Of a DNA stretch of 64,000 nt, positions 15,441-27,900 are shown in pieces. The notes below the pieces were generated by a model that worked only from the letters and a program-made list of their open reading frames with translations, was not told the origin of the DNA and made no database searches. A program made the translations under genes and the position numbers. The DNA comes from Antedon mediterranea (taxonomy: Eukaryota; Animalia; Echinodermata): NCBI RefSeq assembly GCF_964355755.1, contig NC_092673.1, forward strand, positions 4,650,001-4,714,000, written 5' to 3'. Numbering within the stretch: position 1 is the stretch's first letter; every line of letters begins with the position of its first letter.

Positions 15441-15917
15441 TGACGTAGAATTATTATTAGGGCCCACACATCTCTCCATCTACTGTCTCTAGTAGTTATT
15501 TCGACTCGAAAAAAATACATGAAACTATAATTTTCAAAGGAAAGAAGAGTTTTGTTTTAAACGTAGAAAAGTTTTTATTCAGTAAAATGGAATACAGTAC
15601 TGTTTATATTTTTTCTGATTATGTTATATCATTTACATGTAATTACTTAATTACCCAGCATTAAACATTATTTTAAATATATATTTTAAAACATTTTAAT
15701 ACTTATTAAAAAATATTATATCACTATTGAAAGAAAAATAAGGAATGTTTACAATTTAGGTATATTATTTTAGCTAGAACAATGTCATCATTTTTGGCGA
15801 TATAAATTGGTATGGCCTAAAACCCACAAAACCATAAAATCCTACCATCTTTAAACTGTTTTCAAATTCTCACTGGTGTGATTCATTACTAGGAACATCT
15901 TAACAGTAGGTCTACAT

Positions 15918-18900
15918 TTACGCTGTTGCAGTGATGTTAAAATTATCAAACATAGAGGGAGCAAATGTAAGTGTTCCTATTGCCAAAAATCCATTGACAG
16001 TATCTTCATAAAGCGAATGAGTGAAAATATCTCTACCATCAATGGAACCAGTAGCTTGTCTTTCCTACAACAAAAAACATAAAATGAGGAAGACGTTTTA
16101 GTGAAGCAAGCATGCACTAACCAAAGTATACGATGGTCCATGTAACAAATTTATTAAATACATAACATCATTGGAATATAAAGAACAAATCACATATCTA
16201 CACATAATCATAACATCGTATACTCTATCTCTAACAATTTATTCAATCTTCTATCGACTAAAGCCGAAGTATAGTCGTTATCTCTGGACCGTTCTATGGC
16301 CACCACCAGGTAGGCTTACTTCATTAAGGCTTCTATGAATGGATGTACTGGTTGGGAGCAGGAACGCTAGTAGACCAAACCCAGTACCGTTTTGATTACG
16401 ATCAATCGAGGAAATTACCTCATGATGAATTAGTTGGCTAAGTTATCAAATATAATCTCATCACAGTGGGTTCCAATAAAATATTGTTTCCACCATGAAA
16501 GCAGTGTTTTAGACATTTATTTATTTTATGGATGTTAGACTTAATGCCATTTTGTCTGTGATTTCCGATTTGTATGATGCAAATTTCAGACAATATTAAA
16601 AATGTTGCTCTTACCATCACAATTAAGCCTATATTGAACCATTTATTCTTTGCCACACCTACAGTTCCTTTAGTATAAACTTCTAATTTATCTAGATATA
16701 AAAATCATCTTCTTAATAAAGTAAAACACAATAGTGGTGTTCAAGAGATTCAGACAATAGACCATATTAAAGGAACGCATTTGAATCGAAAGAAGTGTCC
16801 TGTAGGTGTACCTCTGAATAAGGGTTTCTTTGTGTTAAAACATATACTGCCCTCATTTGTTTTATGAGTTTCCCATTAACAGGGGCGCCTCCTAAATAGA
16901 AGTGTCTACCAGAAGGGGGCTTATGTTAGTTACTATGAATGTACTACTGTACTGTACTGTACTGAGTGAGTGGCCGAGCGGTTAAGACAGTGGAACCGTA
17001 ATCACGTAGCCATAACATCGGCAGGGGTTCGAGGCTCACTCACTCCATGGTTCTGGTGGTAGAACGAGTCTTCTCGGATAAGGACTATAAACCGTAGGTC
17101 CAGTGTACACAACTTGCTCGTGTGCACTTTAAAGAACCTAGTACATCTTTCGAGATGAGTAGGGGGTTACCCCGGTGTATTAGTACATCACAGCCACTGA
17201 TCACCAACTGGGCCCTCTGGGAGATCAGTCTTTGACTGAAGAGGTTACCCAGTATAAAGATAAAACAAACAAACAAAACAAAACAAAATATTACATAAAG
17301 CAGTGTGTTACGTGTGACGAGAGTCAGGTGTCACATGTCGCATGCAAATGAATCAAGTCGCCGGTGGTCAAGTGGACGAATCAGAATGGAGCATGGTGGT
17401 GCGCGGTATTTTGGAAAGCTGTGCTGGGTGTGTGATACAAAGAAGGGAGTGACTCAGGAGACAGGGCCAGCTAAGGACGCTTGCGGTTAGAACTGTGCTT
17501 GAGACTGGAAGCAAGGCAGGACGATAAGAATAAGAAGGTTGTGATGTGTACAGATGGCCAGGCAAACCAACCACTCGGTATCATACGTATCTATAATTGT
17601 GTTGTTATGTATTTTGTGCTTCGTGAAAGGAAATAAATAGAGCTCGTGCTCTTTGCATAATACTCTGAGTGTCGACTATTGTCTGTTCCAAGCCTCGTTG
17701 TTGCTATTTATTTAGGTATTTCGGCCTAGGCCAAAAGTGGTCGTAACAGAAATTGGGGGCTCGTCCGGGAACACCGGAGTTATCGGACTCACTCGGGGTT
17801 TGGAACAAACAATCACTGCTACACTATTGTAATTTTTTTTAACCATTTGTTTATAATGGAGTTTGAGGCTGAAAAATACCTTGCAGAGTGTGTTTCCTGG
17901 GAAAAATTTAATACGTAAAAAAAGCCAGATTTGTTGGCGTTGGGAAGGTATTTTGATCTGCATTTAAAACAGTCTACGAGAAAACAAGTTGTTAAAAATA
18001 AATTAATTGAAACCCTTGTAAGAGAAGAATACTTAGAAGAATCATGTTTAAAGGAAGTGATTGTGGTTGAGGAAGTAGAGAGTGAAGCTGTAAAATTGAA
18101 AGAATTAGAGTTACAAATGGCTAAGATGGAAATTGATAAAGAGAGAATGATGATGGAAATGGAAATGGAGAGGGAAAAGCAAAAAGCAGATGTAGAGTTA
18201 GAGCTTGCGAAATTGCAGTACCAAATTGAAAGAGACATTATTGAGAGAGAGAGAGAAGGAAAAGTAAATGTTGCTAGTGCGCCTGATGCTTTCGATGCGT
18301 CTAAACACATTAGGCTTGTTCCAAAATTTCAGGAAACCGAAGTTGATAAATATTTTCAACACTTTGAAAAAATTGCGTACAGTATGAAGTGGCCGACAGA
18401 AAAGTGGACCCTTCTGTTACAGAGTGTTTTCATAGGGAAAGCACGTGAAATTTATTCGGCTCTACCCCTTCATGAATGTAGTGATTATGAAATAGTGAAG
18501 AAAGCAGTGCTCAGTGCTTACGAACTTGTGCCAGAAGCTTATCGACAAAGATTTAGAGATGCGAGGATACAGTGTGAACAAACGCATGTGGAGTTTGCCA
18601 GAGTTAAAGAGCAAATGTTTGATAGATGGGTTAGTTCTAAAGATGTAGAAGTGAATTATGATAATTTAAAGCAAATGATGTTAATAGAAGAATTTAAAAG
18701 GTGCATTCATGTTGATATTAAAATTCACCTTGATGAACGTAAAATTGATACATTGAAAGACGCAGCAGTATATGCCGATGACTATGCATTGACTCATAAA
18801 TTAAGTGCGATAAACATAAATAATCCTAACCATGAGGATAAACCACGTGATTACAAACGGGTATCTGATACTAAGAGACAGAGTCCGTTTAAGAGTAAGC

Positions 18901-21900
18901 GTTGGGATAAGCCTAAGGTATTAACATGTTACCATTGCAAAAAACCAGGACATGTTATGTCTCAATGTTATTTTCTCAAACGTAATTCAAGTAACAAATC
19001 TTCTCTTCCAGTAGGATGTGCTACATTAAAAGGGGACACCAACAACATTTCAAAAGTAAATAAGCAAATTGAATGTAATAAAACTAATGAAAATTTTGCA
19101 CCATTTATGTCAGAGGCACGGGTATCGCTAAAAGGTGATGATTGCTTTAAACGCATTAGGGTCATGCGAGATACATGCTGTGCCCAATCTATGATGTTGG
19201 AAGGAGCTCTTTCTTTCGGTAAAAGTAGTTCTACGAGTATGACCGCGTTAATTCGAGGTGTGGGGATGAATGTTATTAATGTCCCGTTACACAAAGTAAT
19301 AATTGATTCTGAATTAGTTAAAGAGGAAGCGATAATAGGTGTTGTACCGGAGCTTCCAGTAAAGGGTATTGATATGCTTTTGGGTAATGATTTGGCTGGC
19401 GGTAGGGTGTTACCTGAATTAATGATTAACGATAATTTAACTCGCACACTACAAGAGTCTAATGTGCTATGTGAAACTGGTACGCCCGACAATGATTGGG
19501 AATACCCCGCCTGCGCTGTAACACGTGCAATGACACAGAAAATTGAAGATAGAATGTCCGATAACGATGGATTAGATTTAGAGGGGACATTCATGTCAAA
19601 TCTAGAATTTTATAACCCAGGTGAAGATATCAAAAAGACAAAGTGCGACACTTCCTTAAATGTAGGGTCAGGTGAACCCAAAAGTAGAAAAAGAGAGCCT
19701 TTAAGTACAGAAATGTTGATCAAGGAACAAGAAGATGATTCATTTATACAGAAATTGGGGTCTAGGGTGTTACCTAAGGAGGAGGCGGCAAAACTACCGG
19801 TCTGCTTCTATAAAGAAAATAACGTTGTTATGAGAAAATGGAGGCCACGTCATGCACAGGTACATGATGTGTGGGCTGTGGTACATCAAATTGTAGTCCC
19901 GAAAGTCTATCACGACGATGTAATAGGCATAGCCCATGACAACTCTATGTCAGGGCACTTGGGTGTTAGAAAAACACATGATAAAATTATTCAACATTTC
20001 TGGTGGCCATCTCTTAAAAAGGAAGTATCACGCTATTGCCGTTTGTGCCACATATGCCAGGTTGTGGGAAAGCCAAATAAGAAAATTCCGGTAGCACCGC
20101 TTAAGCCAATACCCGCTTTTGGGGAACCATTCAGCAAAGTTATGATAGATTGCGTTGGTCCATTGCCAAAAACAAAGTCCGGAAATCAATATCTCCTTAC
20201 TATTATGTGCTGCTCTACGCGTTTTCCCGAAGCAGTCCCACTTAGAAATATTAAGGCAGCAACGGTAGTCAAAGCTTTAATTAAATTCTTCACATTAGTT
20301 GGTTTGCCTACATCAATTCAATCTGACCAGGGCACTAATTTTAAATCAGGGTTATTCCAACAAATTATGTTACAATTGGGCATAGAGCAATCAACATCTA
20401 GTGCGTATCACCCAGAGTCTCAAGGTGCTATAGAAAGATTTCACCAAACGTTAAAAAACATGTTAAGGGCATATTGTGTAGAGTTTCAAAGGGAATGGGA
20501 CGAAGGGGTACATTTAGTTCTTTTTGCAGCCAGAGAATCTGTACAAGAAACATTAGGTTTCAGCCCATTTCAGTTGGTCTTCGGTCACTCCGTGCGGGGA
20601 CCATTAAAATTGCTGAAAGACAAGTGGCTCCAAGGAGAACTAAATAATGTAAATTTATTGGATTATGTATGTGACTTTAGGCATAAACTTAACAGGGCGA
20701 CCGTCATTGCTAAAGCAAATTTAGTAAAAGCACAAACTAAGATGAAAACTTGGTATGATAAAAATGCAAAAAGCAGGGTTTTTAAACCTGGGGACAAGGT
20801 TTTGGCGTTGTTTCCCATTCAGGGGAGCCCAATGCAAGCGCGATTTCACGGTCCATACGAAATCGACTCAAAAATAAATGATCTAAATTATGTCATAAAT
20901 ACACCAGGGAGACGGAAGAGTAGACAATTATGTCACATTAATATGCTTAAAGAATATGCCGAACATGTTTCTCGCGATGTAAAACCAAATTGTGCGGCTG
21001 TAGCTTGTAACAATGACGGTGGCTCTCACAATGATTTAAAAGAAAAGGGCAAGGAATATGATTTAAAACTAAGCAACTCTGATGTAATGAACAATTTACA
21101 ACAAAAGTTAACTCATTTATCAATAGAACAACAGAGTCAATTGAGTACACTTGTGAATAAATGGAACGGTATCTTTTCTGACACCCCTAGTGTAACAAAT
21201 GCTGCAATCCATGATATCATTGTTGGGGATACACAACCTATTAAGCAACATCCTTACAGGGTGAATCCAATTAAAATGAAGTATCTCCATAAGGAAATTG
21301 AATATATGTTAAAAAATAGTATAATTGAGCTTAGTAAAAGCGACTGGAGTTCGCCATGCATGCTTGTTCCCAAGTCTGATGGTTCATATAGACTCGTGGC
21401 GGATATGCGAGCAGTTAATCGTTGTTCAAAAACAGACTCGTATCCAATTCCGAGAATTGAAGATTTAATAGATAAGGTGGGGAACGCAAAATTTGTTAGT
21501 AAATTTGACCTTTTAAAAGGCTACTGGCAAGTGCCACTAACGCCGCGCGCCCAGGAAATTTCTGCTTTCTGTACCCCGTTCGGGCTTTATCAATACAGGG
21601 TGATGCCGTTTGGCCTTAAGAATGCGCCCGCGACATTTCAACGAATGGTAAATCGACTTGTAGCTAACGTAGAAGGCTGCGAGGCGTATGTTGATGACCT
21701 GATTGTATACAGTCAAACTTGGGAGCAACACATGCAACAGTTAAATGAAATGTTTAAAGCTTTGTCACAAGCAAACCTAACTGTAAACTTAAGTAAGAGT
21801 GAATTCTGTCATGCTACGGTTACGTATCTTGGTCATGTTGTGGGGCAGGGAAGGGTTAGACCCATCAGGGCTAAGGTTGAGAGTATTTATCGGTACCCAG

Positions 21901-24900
21901 CACCCACAAACAAAAAATCGTTGATGAGGTTTTTAGGGATGGTGGGGTACTATCGGAAGTTTTGTCCCAATTTTTCTAGCGTAGCAGGTCCTCTTACAGA
22001 ATTGCTTAAGAAGAATGTAAAATTTAAGTGGTCGGATATATGTGAAAGTGCCTTTAGGAAAATTAAGTCTATGCTAATGTGTGAACCAATCCTTATAGCA
22101 CCGGATTTTAAGAAACAATTCCGTTTGTATGTAGACGCCTGTGATGTGGGGATTGGTAGCGTTCTCATGCAGAAGAACGTTGATGGGATAGAATGTCCCG
22201 TATGTTATTTTTCTAGAAAATTAAGTAAACACCAAATGAATTATGCGACTATTGAGAAAGAATGTCTGGCACTATTGGAGTCGTTAACGCATTTTGATGT
22301 ATATCTAAGCACTACCGTAGACCCAATACTTGTGTTCACTGACCACAACCCACTTACCTTTATTTATAAAATGCGAAATAAAAATCAGCGGTTGCTGAGG
22401 TGGGGACTAACTTTACAAGAATACAATGTTGAGATTAAGCATGTTAAAGGAAAGGAAAATGTGATTGCCGATGCTCTGTCTCGTGGGGTGTGAACAATAT
22501 TATGAATGTAATGCAAATGAATATAAATATTATGAATGTAATGCAAATGAATATAGATGTGTAAAATTAAGAATAATGTATGTATACTTGTGTGAAAAAA
22601 AAAAAATAGTAAATAATACAAGTTAAAATAGTGATATGTAGCCCTAAGGTAAAGAAAAGTAGGAAATGTAATAAAAATGGAAGTGTTAAAAAAAAAAAAT
22701 AGATGAATAAAATGAAAATATATGATGTAATGTGAAATTGAAATTGTGTAATAAATTAGAGATGTTTTTGTAAATACCAGTGGTTGGTGAGGAGGCACCA
22801 AAAGTTTTCCTGACGAAAAACTAACTTTAAGGGGGAGAGTGTTACGTGTGACGAGAGTCAGGTGTCACATGTCGCATGCAAATGAATCAAGTCGCCGGTG
22901 GTCAAGTGGACGAATCAGAATGGAGCATGGTGGTGCGCGGTATTTTGGAAAGCTGTGCTGGGTGTGTGATACAAAGAAGGGAGTGACTCAGGAGACAGGG
23001 CCAGCTAAGGACGCTTGCGGTTAGAACTGTGCTTGAGACTGGAAGCAAGGCAGGACGATAAGAATAAGAAGGTTGTGATGTGTACAGATGGCCAGGCAAA
23101 CCAACCACTCGGTATCATACGTATCTATAATTGTGTTGTTATGTATTTTGTGCTTCGTGAAAGGAAATAAATAGAGCTCGTGCTCTTTGCATAATACTCT
23201 GAGTGTCGACTATTGTCTGTTCCAAGCCTCGTTGTTGCTATTTATTTAGGTATTTCGGCCTAGGCCAAAAGTGGTCGTAACAAGTGTGTGTATGTACAGA
23301 TCTTATTAAAGACATTGGTACTATCTGTCTACACTATCAAATTAGTTTGACAAAAAAAGTGTGATGTGCCTAAATATGGTAGTGATATTCCCAAATATAG
23401 TAGTGATAATGACATCATCATATTGTCACAAAAAGTTTGATAGTGGAGACGGAACTTTAGGTGTCTTTTGTTGTATGTGTTATTACTGTAAAGGTAGCAA
23501 AGTACAACATTTTTTCAGCCTTTTTTTCTTTCTTAACTTGTGTATGTTTTTATGATGGAAATTAGATTAGATAGATTAAATATTACATTACTTGATAATT
23601 AAACACGAACAACTTACCTATATCTGCAGTTAGTAGATATGTGCCATTGCTTAAGATCCAGAAGAAGACACCATGTGACTTGTGAATCTTACAGCCTCCA
23701 TTAGTTGCTCTTGCACCTACCATCACTCCTGTGCCATCCTTCTCCAGAAAGGCATCTACACTCATACTCACATCTTTCCTGAAATACAATCATACATTTT
23801 TTAAACACACATCTAACAGACAATTAAACGAGAAGAAATATGTCTGAAATTGCAAGATTCCACTGGAGTTTTTTTTTTACAAATTTTGATCTGGTTATAT
23901 TTTGATATTTTGGTTTTATGACATCATAGAATTATGGTGTAATATACAGCTGAGTTTGTTATATTATAATTTGATTTTTAAATAGTCTATGTTTTTGGTT
24001 AATTTTTTTTGAAAAATCCCTGAACAATAATAGGCCAGGAATTTTGGCAAATGTGTACCCTCTTATGTTTTAATAAAAATATATTTAACTTTATGATATC
24101 ATAGTTATTTGATTTTTCAATACACCGCTCATTCAGCCATATTATCACATAATTTGATTTGAAAAGTTCATATTTTGGGTAATCTTTCAAAATATCCCTT
24201 AAGCTCTGTCTACACTATCAAACTTTATGTGATATGATGAAGTCATATCACTACCATATTTGAGCACTTTCTTGTCAAACTAGTTAGTGTAGACAGATCT
24301 TAAGCTATATACAGCACCTACCAGAACCTACCATGAAGAGTTTCCAATAAAGGATACAGGAGAGTTAGAGTCCTGACACCATATCACAGGATAAGATGCA
24401 GCTACCTGGCGCATCACTAAGCCGTGATCTGCGTCGTTACTCTGACGAATCTCAAACACTCCGGATTGATCAGCAAAATTGCTACCTTCACTGAATTCAT
24501 CATAATCTGAAATTGTAAAAGAGAAGAAAAACAAATCCAGCTTTTTGAAATAATTTTCAGATACAAGAGAAAAAGAATAAAAACATAGCTTCCTTTAAAA
24601 AGGAGGTAACTACAAGGTATAAGCAAAGCAATCTAACACAGGATGCTGAGCTCCAGAGATCAAAGGGTTTATCTATGGCTGCGACACGATCTGTTCCATG
24701 GCCCTTAACAGACACAGCGTGCCTCAGGGAATAGGTACATAGTACGATCAAAGTAAAGTCAAAATAACCTATCAGATCTAAGAGTAAGAGTACGCATCAC
24801 TATTAAATACATTCTAGATTACCAACTATTTTAGAAAACTCACCGTCAAAGTTATCAGAATAAATAATAGGAAAAGGACTAGAAGGTGGTGGCTCATCAT

Positions 24901-27900
24901 ATTGGCCTTTCTTTCCAGCCGTTGATGTTGTCAATGTGTATATTTCATCTAGATCTAGATTGACAGTAAATTCTCCATTTACCACCTAGTGACAATACAG
25001 AGACTAAATTTAATATGTGAGAGAGAAGTGCATTTCTGAACACCAGTGACATTATGGTTCCTTATCAATCAATTTGCATTGAGGATCAAATCCTTTCTGA
25101 CTATAGGATTCTGTTCTTAAGTCACATTCTTTCTGTCACATTTTTATATAGAGAAATAATAATCTCTCTCTTATTACTACTGTATAAAGTAAAAAAAAGT
25201 TTCTCATGGGATTTGAACCACATACATCGACATGCAAAGTTCATTGTCTAAACCATTTGACTACTCAGATGGCTCGATGGAAAGCATTTGCATTAGCGCA
25301 TTGTCAGGAATTCTTACGACACACCTTATGGATATGACTAATGAATATTCATATTTATTTTGTGACGTTTCATGAGGGATCCCCAACTGACGTATGAAAA
25401 TAAATATCACAGGCTGGACACGGGTGGGTGAGGGGGATGTGGGAGAGATGGGTGCACTGGCTTGATAAGTTACCGATTATAAGTTATATAAACCAAATAT
25501 AGCATGTGGAATGTATATAACTATTGCATACTTATTTGGTGTAATACAGTGACTTACTTTCACTGGCTGCATCTGGACAAACATCTCAGATTTTGCACCA
25601 CCATACTTAAACTTAGATTTCCAAACATTTAAACTCTGAATCGAGGACTACAAAAGAAGAAATAGGTGTTTCTTACAGGTAAACATTGAGGTTTAATTTT
25701 GATATAATATTTGACTATCAACATGTTTGAAAATAATAAATTACATCCATGGTTAATGATAGTGCCAATAGTTGCTTTCAAATTATTTTCATCATTTTCT
25801 CAAATTATCTTATTTTTAGCATTCCCTTCTAGTCTCTCATTTTGTTTGATAGCAGAGTAGAATATAATAATAATAATAATATGCTGGTTTTATATAGCGC
25901 CTAATGTTGTGAGAACTTTTAAGCGCTGAACATTATTACTCCAGTAATTTTTTTGGATCAAATATATTTCATTAACTTACAAACGTTCCTTTTAAGTGAA
26001 ATGTTGCTGTTTGCTTGGTGACATTGTAGGCTGGTAGCTTAGGACGAATACAGATGGAGTGGTCATGACTCTATAAAAAACAACAGCAACTTTTGTAGTT
26101 TGCTTGTATATCATATATTCTGTGTACATATCACCAAATGGGGTGAAAGAACGTTAACTTTTAGGTCTAGCTCAGGTACAGGCATGAATTTTAAATATAA
26201 TATCTCGTTAATTGTACGTAAATCAAATATTTGTACAGAAATCAAGACGAAAAAACATGAATTTCCCTAATAATATGGTCAAATACAAAATTTGGCACAA
26301 TTCTGCCATAAATACCAGGAAGACTTTTTTTCAGTAGTTAGGTAGTTTAACCTAATGTAACATGTCTGGTGACTCCCTAGAAGGTGAAAAAAGATGGTGG
26401 CTATACGGTGGATAATTTTTGCTATAGCATGAAAATAAAAATTTGAATAACAATACCAGAAATGTAAAATTTAAGTTATATTACCAATATATAGTCATCT
26501 GATAAAATTTTTTACCAGACGGTTTATTTTTCATATCTTTTTAAAATGCCTCTCTATTTACAAAATTTGTGTACAAAAGAATAGAAATTTTACTGTGTAA
26601 TTTGAACTATCCCCCGCACTGATAAGAAAGTGCTTATTTTCAACAAGCTCGTATAACACAAATAAAATCCCAAAAATTATGAAACATGGGGGAAACTATA
26701 CATCGATAATTATTGGAATGTAGGATCAATAGAAATTGTTTGCCCGCACCTGGCCTTTAAGCTCTGTCTACACTATCAAACTAGTTTTACAGAAAAAAGT
26801 TTGATGTAGCCAAATATAGTAGTGATATCCTCAAATATGGTAGTTATAATAATGACGTCATCATGTCCATATTTGGGCACATCACATTTTTTTGTCACAT
26901 AAAATTTGATAGTGTAGACAAAGCTTTAGTTGATGAAGGCTGTAATTAACAATACATACCATTGTTTCTATAATCATTGTTAATTGGGTTTCATTGACGA
27001 TAGTAACATAGCTACCTCCTTTGTCTAAATGTCCTGCTCCTGAACCATGTTTAAGATAGTTCCAGCCAGGTTGCGTGAACTGAGTTGTGTGAGCTACAAA
27101 ATTTAAATAAAGCAGAAGTTCTCATAAATAAATCAATTCATGTGCACTGTAACATATACTGTAGGAGAAGGAGATACCTTCAGGACCCAACAAAGTGTCA
27201 GTGTCAAAAGCATAAAGCTCTGGCTATACTATCAAACTTTATGTGACAAATATAATATGTACATGATGATGTCATATCACTACCATATTTGGGCATATCA
27301 CTACCATATTTGTGCATTTCACCGTGTTTTTTGTCAAACTTGATTGATAGTGTAGACAGAGCTTAACAATAACAAACAAACCTGAAACCCAAATAGGAGT
27401 GTCCACATCATAATGTCCGCTCCATGGTTCATTTGCAGTCATCAATCCATTTCTAGTGTACGGTAAAGCGTTATAATAGCTAGCAATTAAGTTCCATGAA
27501 ATCGTACTTGTCATGTTACCATTCACGTAATTCTGGTTTAAGATTCGAGCCCAGCATCCACCGCCGACCTCATCATTAAATGTACTGTAGTCTTCTGATG
27601 ACCAGATTGTTTTACCAGTTTTGAGGGTGTCGTCGGTAGTCTTGGTGCCTGGGTAATGAATACTGAAAAAAAACAGACAACTTTTGAATGATGACTAATT
27701 AATAATTGGAAGATTACTTAATGAATAGTTAAATAATAAAACTGATCAACATACCTGGAAAAATGCCGAGAGCCACGGAGTGAATGGCTATTTAATATTT
27801 TGGCCCATATTGAAAATACAGATAATTATTAATATATAATACATATATAAATCCAAAGGCAAATTACTGAAAAAATGACAATGCTGTGGGTATCAGTGAC

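Larger units (their letters stand above)
17306..23282 (+). mobile_element. Full-length Ty3/gypsy LTR retrotransposon of Gmr1-type domain order (5977 bp), antisense in GALC intron 12
   Basis: Two 443-bp LTRs (TGTTACG...CGTAACA), 4-bp TSD AGTG at 17302-17305 and 23283-23286, PBS, PPT and a single gag-pol frame. Confidence 0.97.

Noticed and set aside
16964-17048. Functional tRNA gene
   Set aside because: The anticodon and variable region does not form a canonical cloverleaf, there is no oligo-T terminator, and it continues into a SINE body and tail.
17305-17574. Small ORFs within the LTRs, and antisense ORFs over gag-pol (17819-18310, 18968-19594, 22385-22801)
   Set aside because: No recognisable motifs; shadows of the coding strand or of low-complexity sequence. 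No env-like ORF between pol and the 3' LTR.
26170-26760. Possible ~590-bp TTAA-type (Kolobok-like) non-autonomous transposon ending GTTTGCCCGCACCTGGCCTTTAA
   Set aside because: Left TIR (CAGGTACAGGCA) is too degenerate and no matching TSD could be confirmed.
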